A stretch of 60,681 bases of DNA from a virus (Duplodnaviria; Caudoviricetes). The position numbers and the translations under genes were made by a program. The notes beneath the pieces are model-generated. The model was not told the DNA's origin. It worked only from the letters and a program-made list of their open reading frames with translations, and ran no database searches. The stretch lies in the IMG/VR virus record IMGVR_UViG_3300037343_000006, positions 1 through 60,681 of that record. One strand, written 5' to 3'. This document shows positions 1 to 10,600 of the stretch, one piece after another. Positions within the stretch are counted from its first letter, which is position 1; every line of letters begins with the position of its first letter.

Positions 1-127
1 GTTGCTGGACCAGCTTGCTAATATCCAGACTGGCCTTGAAGGCCAGATCGGTGACGTAGAAGCGTCGCTTCTGGACCGTGTGCAGGAGCTAGAGGATGCT
101 GGCATCCAGCGGGACGACGCCCTTGGC
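1..127. repeat. Terminal direct overlap with 60555-60681 (circular assembly overlap)
   Basis: The first 127 nt are identical to the last 127 nt. The length is typical of an assembler k-mer, and the overlap falls inside a 207-bp coding tandem repeat. Confidence 0.9.
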
Positions 128-1060
128 GCTGCCTTGGGCGAGCTCGCTACGGAGCTTGGTGTCACTGAAGAAAGCCTGCTTCAGCAGATCGGGCAGACTG
201 AACAGTCGTTGCTGGACCAGATCGGCGGCCTTGAAACTCAAATCGGTAACGTCGAAGATGCGCTCTTTGCACGGGTGCAGGAGCTAGAAGACTCGGGCAT
301 TGCGCGGGATCAGGCACTGCAGAGCGCGCTTAGCGAGTTGGCAGGCCAACTCGGCGTTACTGAAACGACACTGCTTACCCAGATGGGGGAGACCGCACAG
401 TCCCTGCAAGATCAGCTTACTGGACTCGAAACTTCGACCCAGTCCGACCTAGATTTTATCTCGTCGCTCATTGGCAAACCTGCTCGTGATGTTACGCAGG
501 TTGACATTGACTTTGTGGCCGACCTAATCGCACAGCAAGAAGTTATCACGGACCTAAGTATGTCGCAGCGTCAATACGACGTGACGGGTGACGGTCAAAT
601 TACTCAGGACGACTTCGCCCTGCTTGAACAGGCATTGGCGGGCACCAATACTACCTTTGCTCCGGGGTCTATTTTTGGCCCCGCTACTGGGATATACGCA
701 CAGCAAGAGCAAAACCTCGCTACGCAGCTTGCCGCAGAGCAGCAAACGCAGCAGCAAATTGAACAGCAAACCCAGACCCAAACTCAGCTTGCGACACAAC
801 TACAAACCCAACTGCAGGCGCAGGACGAGGCAACACGGCGGCGCGCGTTTGGTGATTTTGTGCAGCAGCAAGAAGACGTGTACGGCCAGCGTGTAGACGT
901 GCGCACGCCTGATCCAACGCGGATTAACTACTTCTACGACTTCCAAAGCATGTTCGCTACGCCACAACAGGCGGCGCTGTTCCCCAGCCCCTATGCTGAG
1001 GGTGGACAAGTAGAGGGTACAACTGATAAGTTGTTACGTATAATCGGAGAGATGCAATGA
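2..1060 (+). CDS. C-terminal part of the giant (~2119 aa) putative internal virion/ejection protein that starts at 55255
   Basis: Position 2 corresponds to 60556, in frame with the ORF from 55255. It continues the 69-aa repeats, then has an EF-hand/dockerin-like loop (DVTGDGQITQDD) and a C-terminal YAEGG. Confidence 0.85.
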   Translation: MLDQLANIQTGLEGQIGDVEASLLDRVQELEDAGIQRDDALGAALGELATELGVTEESLLQQIGQTEQSLLDQIGGLETQIGNVEDALFARVQELEDSGIARDQALQSALSELAGQLGVTETTLLTQMGETAQSLQDQLTGLETSTQSDLDFISSLIGKPARDVTQVDIDFVADLIAQQEVITDLSMSQRQYDVTGDGQITQDDFALLEQALAGTNTTFAPGSIFGPATGIYAQQEQNLATQLAAEQQTQQQIEQQTQTQTQLATQLQTQLQAQDEATRRRAFGDFVQQQEDVYGQRVDVRTPDPTRINYFYDFQSMFATPQQAALFPSPYAEGGQVEGTTDKLLRIIGEMQ

Positions 1061-1839
1061 CGTTATGGTCTAAAGCTTTAGATGCTTTAACTAACGCTGC
1101 CAGCAACGTGGATATGGGTGCGCTGCTATCGCTCGTAGGCAGCTACGGTATAACTAATTCAGGTTCGGAGTTCTTTAGCGGCACTTCGCCCCAAGTAGGC
1201 TATCAAGGTGGCATCCCAAGCTACACGTTTGAGCGTGCAGAAGTACCCGGTGCGTTTGATCCTGACCGGCGTCCCGGAAGCTCTGGGCAGCGGTATATGT
1301 CCCAGCGGATGTTTACGCCAGAAGGGCAAGCAAGCGCCATGCCTGCACTGGAGCAAGAGGCTCAAGGGCTCGCTGCGCTCAACGCTGCCAATCCAATGCG
1401 GCAATCTCGTCCAGCAGCTCCACCGCCCCGCCAGCAAGAAGCGCAACAAGGCAATCGCTCCCCGATTGTATCTCGGGCCCCTGCACGGGTTATTGAGGAT
1501 CGTCCTGTTATGGAGACCTTAGAAGGACTAGCGGGTTATACCCCCCGGTACGCTGCAGGGGGCATTGCGTCTATACAACCAAGAAAAGGCTACTATCTTG
1601 GCGGCCCTACCGATGGTATGGCAGATCAAGTTCCGGCGCAGATCGACGGACGCCAGCCAGCGGCACTTAGCGATGGCGAGTTTGTCATCCCTGCAGATGT
1701 CGTTAGCCATCTTGGCAATGGAAATTCGGATGCCGGGGCAAATCAACTCCACGGCATGATGGACCGTATAAGGCAGGAGCGGACCGGAACAACGCAACAA
1801 GGCAAGCAGATTAACCCTGCTTCCTTCATGCCCACGTGA
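1057..1839 (+). CDS. Putative internal virion protein with tape-measure-type C-terminal module (GG..DG..D..PA.LSDGEFVIPA)
   Basis: 260 aa, ATGA overlap with the upstream gene. YAAGG...GPTDGMADQVPA...LSDGEFVIPADVV resembles the C-terminal motif of many tape-measure proteins. Confidence 0.7.
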   Translation: MTLWSKALDALTNAASNVDMGALLSLVGSYGITNSGSEFFSGTSPQVGYQGGIPSYTFERAEVPGAFDPDRRPGSSGQRYMSQRMFTPEGQASAMPALEQEAQGLAALNAANPMRQSRPAAPPPRQQEAQQGNRSPIVSRAPARVIEDRPVMETLEGLAGYTPRYAAGGIASIQPRKGYYLGGPTDGMADQVPAQIDGRQPAALSDGEFVIPADVVSHLGNGNSDAGANQLHGMMDRIRQERTGTTQQGKQINPASFMPT

Positions 1840-1847
1840 GGTAAACC

Positions 1848-2720
1848 ATGGCAGGCGAAACCACAAACCCTACGACCGGCACTACAAACGTAGACCCGAT
1901 GGCTGGGCAGCAGACTGGTACGGAATCCTCCCTCTCTAACTGGGCTGGCCCCTACGTCACCGACATGCTCGGGCGCGGTCAGGCCATGGCTAATCAGCCG
2001 TACCAAGCGTACATGGGGCCGCTCACCGCTGGACCCTCTGCTGCGGAATCGGCGGCGTTCCAAGGTATTGCGGGCTTGTCCATCCCTACGGACCAGATGG
2101 GCGCGTATGTACCCCAGCAGTTCACTGCGGAATCTGCGCAGCAGTACATGAACCCGTATCTGATGGCGTCACTGCAACCGCAGATCGACGAAGCTCGTCG
2201 CCAAGCCGAAATGCAGCGGGTGCAGGACGCTGGGCGACTGACGCAGGCTGGTGCTTTTGGGGGCTCTCGGCAGGCAGTTATGGAATCCGAAGGCAACCGC
2301 AACCTCTTGCAAAACCTCGCGGGGATCACCGGTACTGGGTACGCCAGCGCATACGACCGCGCCATGCAGCAGTTTAACACTGAGCAAGGTCGCCAGATGG
2401 AAGCGCAGACCGCGGCTAACACCTACGGCCTTGCTGGCCTAACAAAGCAGGCTGAACTCGGCGGTATCGAGCGGGGCATCGGCCAAGCAGGTATGGACGC
2501 AGACCGCATGCAGTTCGAAGAAGAGCGCGACTTCCCGTTCAAGCAGGTCCAGTACATGCAGTCACTCCTGCAGAACCTGCCGATCGCGGCGCAGTCCTAC
2601 TCGTACATGCAGCCCAGCCAGCTGTCGTCGGTGCTATCCGGCGCGGGGGGCATCCAAGAACTATTTGATATGCTTACGGGCGCTGCGTCAGCAACCCCCG
2701 CTACTGGCACAACTCCTTAA
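1848..2720 (+). CDS. Putative ejection/pilot protein
   Basis: 290 aa, GAGG RBS; Gln/Ala/Gly-rich with YMNPY and GAFGGSRQ motifs of the kind seen in podovirus internal proteins; lies in the ejection-protein cluster. Confidence 0.6.
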   Translation: MAGETTNPTTGTTNVDPMAGQQTGTESSLSNWAGPYVTDMLGRGQAMANQPYQAYMGPLTAGPSAAESAAFQGIAGLSIPTDQMGAYVPQQFTAESAQQYMNPYLMASLQPQIDEARRQAEMQRVQDAGRLTQAGAFGGSRQAVMESEGNRNLLQNLAGITGTGYASAYDRAMQQFNTEQGRQMEAQTAANTYGLAGLTKQAELGGIERGIGQAGMDADRMQFEEERDFPFKQVQYMQSLLQNLPIAAQSYSYMQPSQLSSVLSGAGGIQELFDMLTGAASATPATGTTP

Positions 2721-2731
2721 GAGGGTCTACG

Positions 2732-4663
2732 ATGGCAATCGACCAAGAAATTCAACGTAAAGTAGACGCCTATCGGGGCAATCCACAGCAGCTTATGCAG
2801 CGGTACCAGCAGAATCAACAGCTGATAGACCTCCTTGCGCTACAGAAGCTCAAGTCCGAGAAGGAAGCTGCGGCGCGCGATATGCAGATGAAGATGCAGC
2901 AGCAGCCGGGGACGATTGCGCAGCAGCGTGAAGCTGAGCTTCTTGATATGACAAAGCAAGAGATGATGCAGCAGACGCAAGGCGTCTTGCAGCAGCGTCA
3001 GGCGCAGCAGCAGCAGAATATGCAGCAGGTAGCTCAGCAGGGTCTCGGCGCACTTGCCAACCAGCGCCCTGCCGCTCCGCAGCCTGCCGCTCCGCAGCCT
3101 GCACCTCAAGGGGCTCCGCAAGGCCAGCCCATGCCACGTATGGCTCAAGGTGGGATCGTCGCGTTTGCGCCGGGTGGGTATGTCGGTGGGGTGACTCAAG
3201 AAGATATCGACGCGTATCGTGCGAATATTACAAAAAGTAGCGGGCAGAGCGGGCAGAGCTCTCGTAACACTTTTCATCGGCTTAGGCAGATGTCAGACGA
3301 AGCGATCGCACAGCGCATCGCAGCGTCACGCGAGCCAAGCTCGCGCCAGCGTAATAGGGCCGCTGCACGGCCGGGGTACCTAGATCGCATAATTAGCGGT
3401 AATTCCGCGGGCCCCACTGTGGGAGAACCCGGTGACAGTATCGGCACACTTTCGGGAGCTTCGCGGTCCGTAAGCGGCAAGGTGCCGCTCGAAACAGCCG
3501 CGCCTATTGCGCGGTTATTAGACCAAGAGGGTGGTCGGCCTGACCTCCTAGACCCAAGAAACCAAATTGTAGACCCGCGCCAACCGGGCACGTCTGACGC
3601 AGAAACCGCGCGTATGGGGCAAGCGCCAACTACGGGGGGCATCTCTACGCTAGGCCCTGACGACGGACTACGTGGCGGGCCTGCTCCTGCTACGGCGGGG
3701 ACACCTGATGCGGCTAGCTCTGGTATTGCGGGGCTTGGTGGCGGCCTACCCGGACTTGGCGGGGGCGGTGCAGATGCTGCGATGGAGCGTGGGTTCCAGA
3801 TTTCTGACCAATACACCGGACGCGCAGAAAAAGCTGGCCGCTACGAGGATATGGAATCCGAGATGCGGGCCCTCGATGCAGAGATCTACGACCCGCGCGA
3901 GGAGCGCCGGGATCAGCTCAAAGCGTTCTTGGCGGGCACTGCCAACACGACCAACTTCGGCTCAACCATGGCCGGTGGTACGTTGGCGTCGCTTAACATG
4001 CGGCAGAGCCAGAAGGCGGACCGTCGCAAGCGCCTGCAAGACGTCTTCGAGATGGCGGAGCGTGGTATGACACTTGACACTGCACTTGCTGAGGGTGGAC
4101 TGCGTCTTGGGCAGTCGATGTATTCTGAGGTTATGGCCAACCAGCGCGCTGCGCTTTCCGCCGCTGCGTCATTGCGGTCCTCAGAGCTACGAGCCGAGGT
4201 CGATCGCGCGAAGCTCGAGTATGATAAACTGAAGGACAACCGTAGCTTTGGCTTGCAAGAGCGTGAGCTTGAAATCGAGCAGGCTCGTAATGAAGCTACT
4301 CAGGCGCTGACCGCGGCGGAAAACGCCACGCGTACTTTTGCTGCTGTGTCCCTAGCCCTTGACCGTGTTCAGGATCAGGAAGCCGCGGTTCGCAAGTATG
4401 TGGTAGAAGCCTCTCAACTGCCAATCTTACAAGATCAGCTTATGCTGGCGACGGACGAAGAAGAAGCCGCAAACATACAGGAAGCAATAGCAGCTGAAGA
4501 GGTGGGTGTAGCTATTCGCGCGGAACAAATCTTTGACGCTATGCGCGGCGTAGAGACACGCGACCTGCTTGCTGCAGAATTGCTCTCGTTTACGGGCACC
4601 GGTGCGTCTATGCTATCCATGAAAGATATTGCGCGTATCGAGCAGCTTGACGGAGAAGAGTAA
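2732..4663 (+). CDS. Putative internal virion protein
   Basis: 643 aa; Gln-rich N-terminus, MAQGG/FAPGG motifs, coiled-coil-like C-terminus; gene context. Confidence 0.6.
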   Translation: MAIDQEIQRKVDAYRGNPQQLMQRYQQNQQLIDLLALQKLKSEKEAAARDMQMKMQQQPGTIAQQREAELLDMTKQEMMQQTQGVLQQRQAQQQQNMQQVAQQGLGALANQRPAAPQPAAPQPAPQGAPQGQPMPRMAQGGIVAFAPGGYVGGVTQEDIDAYRANITKSSGQSGQSSRNTFHRLRQMSDEAIAQRIAASREPSSRQRNRAAARPGYLDRIISGNSAGPTVGEPGDSIGTLSGASRSVSGKVPLETAAPIARLLDQEGGRPDLLDPRNQIVDPRQPGTSDAETARMGQAPTTGGISTLGPDDGLRGGPAPATAGTPDAASSGIAGLGGGLPGLGGGGADAAMERGFQISDQYTGRAEKAGRYEDMESEMRALDAEIYDPREERRDQLKAFLAGTANTTNFGSTMAGGTLASLNMRQSQKADRRKRLQDVFEMAERGMTLDTALAEGGLRLGQSMYSEVMANQRAALSAAASLRSSELRAEVDRAKLEYDKLKDNRSFGLQERELEIEQARNEATQALTAAENATRTFAAVSLALDRVQDQEAAVRKYVVEASQLPILQDQLMLATDEEEAANIQEAIAAEEVGVAIRAEQIFDAMRGVETRDLLAAELLSFTGTGASMLSMKDIARIEQLDGEE

Positions 4664-4666
4664 CAT

Positions 4667-7600
4667 ATGGCGCGGTATAATCTCACGCTTAAGGATGGCT
4701 CTGCGTTTGAAGTAGAGGCACCAGCAGGCGCTTCCCAAGCGGAAATCCTACGCCGCGCCAATCAACAGATGTCCGTCCGCGGGATGAACGAGCGTAGGGA
4801 CGCACGCACTGCAGAGCGCCAAACGCAACTTGCCGAATTGGACGCAATGCGGCCCCCGCCGCGGGAGCCAGAAACTGGCTTCCTCGGGGATTTAGTCGGG
4901 GGTTTCGGCGCGGGCGTCGTCAATATCGGCGAGACTGCAGCCCTCGGTGCCGCTACGCTGCTCGACGAGGAGCAAGAACTCGCAGCGCGTGAGCGCATCC
5001 AGAACGCGGCCAGCGCCATTCGGCCCAGTATGGGCGACGAGGAAGACCTCGCCTACAAAATCGGCTCTACCTTCGGCTCGATCGCCGGGTTTATCGGTGC
5101 AGCTGCCACCGTTACGTATGGTGCGGGCGCTCTCGGTCTTGGCGTTGCCGGTGCAGGTATCGCGGGCCTTGTCGGCGCGGGTACCCTTGGTGTTGGTGCA
5201 GCTACTGGTGAGGCAAGTGAGCGTGCTCGCGCCGCCGGAGCCACCCAAGAAGAACGCAACCGCGCAATTATGCAAGCCATCCCAGTCGGTGCTTCCGAAG
5301 TGCTTCCGCTTCGCCGTATTCTGGGCAAGCTAACCGGCGACCTCGGCGAAGAATTGGTTCAGACTTTCCGCCAGCGCGTAGTCAGCGCGTTGCGCACTGG
5401 TGGCGAAGAAGCCGCACAGGAAGCCGCAGCGGGCATCGCACAGAACCTTATCGAGCGTGGCTACAACATCGACCAAGCCGTCCTCGAGGGTGCGGGCGAA
5501 GCAGCTGCCTTGGGCGGCGGTGCCGGTGCGACCATTCAGGTACTCGTGGACTTGTTTGCTGGCCGCCGTGCGCGCGGTGCCACTCCACCACCAGAAGGTC
5601 CAGCGCAAGGTGAGTTGTTCCCCGGCGCTGATCTTGGCCAAGCGCCCACCCGTGTCATGGGTGACCAGCGTGAGATGTTCCCCGAGGAAGACTTGGGTAT
5701 GGCACCCGAGCGTCCGGACGAGCGCCAAGGCGAGTTGTTTAGCGCGCAGGATCAACAATCGGCAGCGTTTGCCCGCACCGCGCGCCGCGCGGATGAAGAG
5801 CGCGCCCGCCTTATGGAGCGCCCCATATCTGAGTTCGAGTCGGCAGGTGACCCGTTCTTAGAGCGTACCAAAGCCGAAAGAGATGCAGCTCGTGCGGGGA
5901 TAGCTGGGCTACAAAGGCCCGAGCAGCCGGAGCCTGAACAGCGGGATATGATCCGCGAACTCGAAGCGGCGACAATCCCCGAAGAAGAACAGCGTGCTCA
6001 GGCAGCCGCCCGTGAGCGTGAAGGACTTCGCGCCGCTGGACGTGGTGACGAAGCTGCATTTGAGCAGCCTGACTTGTTTGCACTGCAGCAAGAACAAGAG
6101 CGCCGTCGGCTTGGACCTGAAGAGCTGCGTCGGCCCGACCAGTTCATGGATGTGCCGGAAGCGGCGGAGACAGTTACGCCCGAGCAGCCCGATGCCATGG
6201 GTGATCTCGTGGATATGGCGGACCAGCGCCAGCGCACAGCGGCAGAAGATGCCGACATCGCAGACCAGCTCGCCGCTATCGACGCTGAAGAAGGCGCGCA
6301 GCAGCAACAAGCCGCGGCACTGCGCGCTGAGTCAGACATTGAGACCATCACCGGCCAGCAGGAAACGCAGCGGCAGCAAGCCACCGAGCAAGGTCGGCGT
6401 AGCATCCTACAAGATGTTATTAAGAAGACCCCGAGCCGCAACTACAACCGCGTGTCTCGGATGTACGAGGATGCGCTCACAAAGGCGGGTTATCAGGGCG
6501 ATAAAGCCAAGCCGACTGCGGCGGAAATCCAAACTATTCAGCGTGCTGTTAACGTACAGCGGGCCGAGCGCCCTGAGCCAGTGTCGCCTGTCGCAGAGCC
6601 GATTAAGCTGCCGCCTGAAGCTACGCAGCTGCAGGAGATGGAGTCGCGCATCCCTGAGCGCGCAGCGCAGCGCGAGCCAGAACAGCTTGGTATGCCCGGT
6701 ATCCGTCGCCGGATTCAAGAAGCACCCGCGCGTGAGGGCATGGCCCCAGAGGCGCAAGCCGCACCAGAAACTGTAACCGACGAGATGCTTGACCAGATGG
6801 GTATCGCTCCGCGGTCGCCCATTCGGCAGCGCCTACGTGGTAAGGACTTAAATGACCCTACAACGCGCGAAATCCTTACTTCTTTTGCGAATCAGCCACG
6901 TACTTCTCAGACTGCAGAGTTGGGTATTAGCCGCCGCCTTGAGGGGGTTCCCGAAGAGCAACCCGACCTCTTCGCACCTAGCGGAAGACGTAGCGCAGCT
7001 GCGCAGCCAGCTCCGCAACAAACACCTGCAGGCCCCGCAGCTCAGCCAGCACCTAGTGCGCAGCAGAACGCCCCGCAACAACTTGAACTTTTCCCAGAGA
7101 CCGCACAAGGGGTTACAGATGGCACTGCAGCACCTAACCAGCAAAGAGATCGAGCAAGCGTTCGCGGTGGTGGACGCGGCGTGGCAGGACCCGGAGGGGT
7201 CGGAGGTACGGGTGGAGGTGCCAGAACACCTACAGCACCTGAGCCCAGAGGACTGGGAGCACGTATCGCGAGCGCTGTACCTGCTGCAGCACCAAAAGCT
7301 GCAGAGCGTAGTACACTAGGGGAAGGCGGTACGCGTCGTAATGTTATGCCGACGCTGCCGCGGCGTCCGATAATCGACCCAAAAACTCTAAAGCCAATCC
7401 GCGAAGAGCGTGTCGGCCCGACGTCTCGTGCTCTTGCACCGCGCGAAAAGATTTCAGCAAAATCTGAACCCAAGGTCAGCGGTGACCAAGTCACCAAGCA
7501 GCTCGCGGACTGGTACGAGGCTAACGTCTCGGCACCGGCGAAGCGGTTTGTCAAAGAGCTCGGGATGTCGATCACAAGTCCGTTAACGATCGCCGACAAG

Positions 7601-10600
7601 GCCGCTATCTTAGCGCAGCTCAACACGAAGTCGACGAAGGAAAACAAGACCACCATCGGTGCGCTTAAGAAGTATCTCGGCAACTACCCTGACCCGGCCC
7701 TCGGCCTGCAGGATGCAATCGACGACGTAGTGGCGCAGAAGCCTAACTTCCGCCGTACAGAAGACATGACCGACGGAGAGTCGGAGTTTTTTGGGGCGAC
7801 CAAGGACGGTAAGACCCCCGCACGGGGTAAGAACGCAGCCCAGTACGTGCTTGATTGGGCCAGCAAGAATATGTCTGAAGCCACCAAACGGTGGACCGCT
7901 GGTAAAATCGTCGAGTCGAAGAACGCCATGCAGGCTATAGAGGCGTTTGAGTCTACTGACCTTGTCGCTACGCGGCGCGAACTAGAGAAAGCCTTCGAGG
8001 GTGGGTTCGACCCTACCAAGGATGCAGACAACAAGCGCCTCGCCGACGTGCTGGAGAAGCTGGGACTCGATGAGTCCGACCCGATGGTCCGCGGCATGCT
8101 CTATAAGGGGGGCATGTTTAACATGGCGGTGCCCCCGTCGCGCCACCCGCTGTCACAAGTCACTGTAGCGCTACTCCGTAAGGGCGATCTCGCAGGAGCG
8201 CTCCGCTCCGTCGCTGCATCCAGTGCCGATCCCGAAGTCGCTGCCGTGGCAGAGAAGCTAGCCAAGGTCGTTGGTGATACCAAAGTCGAGGTGGTTAAGT
8301 CAATCGCCCCCGGCGTACTTGGGCGGTTTACTGCGGCAACTAATACGATCTCGTTGGCCGAACCCACAAACAAATTGAAGCTCGATGGTGGCCTTAACAC
8401 CCACGTGCTCCTGCACGAGATGACGCACGCTGCCACGGCGTTCACACTTGTAAACAAGGGCCACCCGCTGACCCGCAAGCTGAAGAAAATCTTCGAAGAA
8501 ACCAAAGAGTTTATGCCCACTGCGTATGGCTCTACCAGTATCGAAGAGTTCGTGGCCGAAGCATTTTCAAACCCCGAGTTCCAGTCCATGCTGGCGGGGC
8601 TCAAGATTAAGGGCGACCCACTCACCCCGTTCGCAAAGATCAAAGCTGCGATCTCCAACTTCCTACGCTCGCTTGTCGGTAAACCTGTTAAGCCGGTTCA
8701 ATCGGCGTTGGAGCAAACCACCAGCATCATCGACAACATCCTCGCCCCCGCACCGGGTAACATCGGCACCGGTGAGTTCTTCATGCTGTCGCCAGTAGCT
8801 GCAGGTAAGCGCATCGCGGAAATGCTTGGGGACATACAAAAGCAGTCCAAGCCAGTGACTAAGGAGTTTGCGCAGAAATTTGCAGGCAATACCCGCGAGT
8901 TCTTGCGGGGCACCGCCACTGACAAAGCGAAGCGCGGCATGCTCGGCTTCCTACCATCGCAGGCGGTGGCAGACGTTGCTGAACGCAGCGGTATCAAAGG
9001 TGCCATGGACCTGCACAAGCTCATGGAAGAGCAGCGTGGCGCTATCAACAAGTCAGACCAAGCCGTTGAAGGCGTCCTAAAGTCTGTCGCCAACTGGGTG
9101 AAGTCACATCAAAACCAAGTCGATGCGTTGAACCGTGTGGTCTATAAGAGCACCATCGAGCAGGTTGACCCCTCGAAGCCGATATCAGCGTACGCCAACG
9201 ACCCAGAAAAAGCTAAGGCGTGGCGTGACATGCGCAACGACTGGCGCGCGCTGTCCTCTACGGGTGGCGACAAGGTGTACGCCCAGATGCGCGACACGTA
9301 CAAAAAACAGTACGAGAAGATGCGCGACGTAATCTACGGCAAGATCGACGAGACGATCACCGATGAAGCTGCGCGTAAGAAGCTGAAGAACGAGGTGTAC
9401 GCACGCCTGTTTGAGAGCGGCACCATCGAGCCTTACTTCCCACTGACACGTGCGGGTAACTACTGGCTGTCCTATGTTGCCGAGGGTGAGTTCACCGTCG
9501 AAGCATTTGAGACCATGGCAGAGCGGGACCGTGCGATAACTGACCTAAAGGCTGATACATCAGTTAAGGACGTCGAGAAGTTCGTCAACATAAACAACGC
9601 AAGCTACGCCAAAGCACCGCCGTCGTCGTTCGTGGGTCAGACACTGCAAACCCTTCGGGCAAATAGGGTGCCCGATGACGTGCAAGCTGAGATCATGCGG
9701 CTGTTCATCGAGACGCTGCCAGAGACGTCGTTTGCTAAATCGCTCCAGCGGCGTAAGGGCACCGCAGGGTACCAAGAAGATGCGATCTTCGCGCTCAAGA
9801 CCAAAGCCTTCGATCTTGGTCGGCAGGTGGAGCGCCTGCGGTACAGCGCCAAACTCCGCACCCTGCAGGATAGCATCAATGAGGATAACCGGCCCAACCT
9901 GACAGAAGAAAACAAGTACATCGTAGACGAGCTAAACCTGCGCGCCGACTTCGCACGTAACCCTCCGGGGGATGGGCTGGCCCAAGCTGCTAACCGAGCT
10001 GCGTTTGTCTTCACGATCGGCTTCAACGCTTCGTCCGCTGTGGTCAACCTCTCGCAGCTGCCTATGTTCGTCTACATGATGTTTGCTGGCAAGTATGGAT
10101 ACGGCGCTGCAGGCCGCGCCATCATGGATGCGTCTAAGCTCGTTACCAGCAGTGGGTTCAATCGTAAGAGCGACATGGTCGCCCCCTACGGCAATGAGAA
10201 GAACATCAAGGTCCGCGCGATGCCAAGCATCGACAACTACTTTGAGCTCGATGCCAACGGCGACTACGTCGTGCGCAAGGACTTGGACTTAGAGCCTGAA
10301 GTCATCGCTAAGGTTGAAGAGCTAAAGCCGCTTGTTGCGATGATGGCGGCTCGTGGCCAGCTAAACCGGTCGCTGTTTGCCGATAACCTTGGCATCGACA
10401 GCTCTGGCCGGGAGCGCGGTATTATCGACATGGCTACCGCGGCTTCGGCGTTCATGTTCCACAACGTAGAAGTCTTTAACCGGCAGGTCACAGCCATCTC
10501 GGCGTATCAGCTTAAGCTCGCGCGCCTTAAGAAAGCAGAGCCAACCCTGTCCACTACAGAGATGCAGACAAAGGCCGCAGAGCAGGCATTGGAGGATGCG

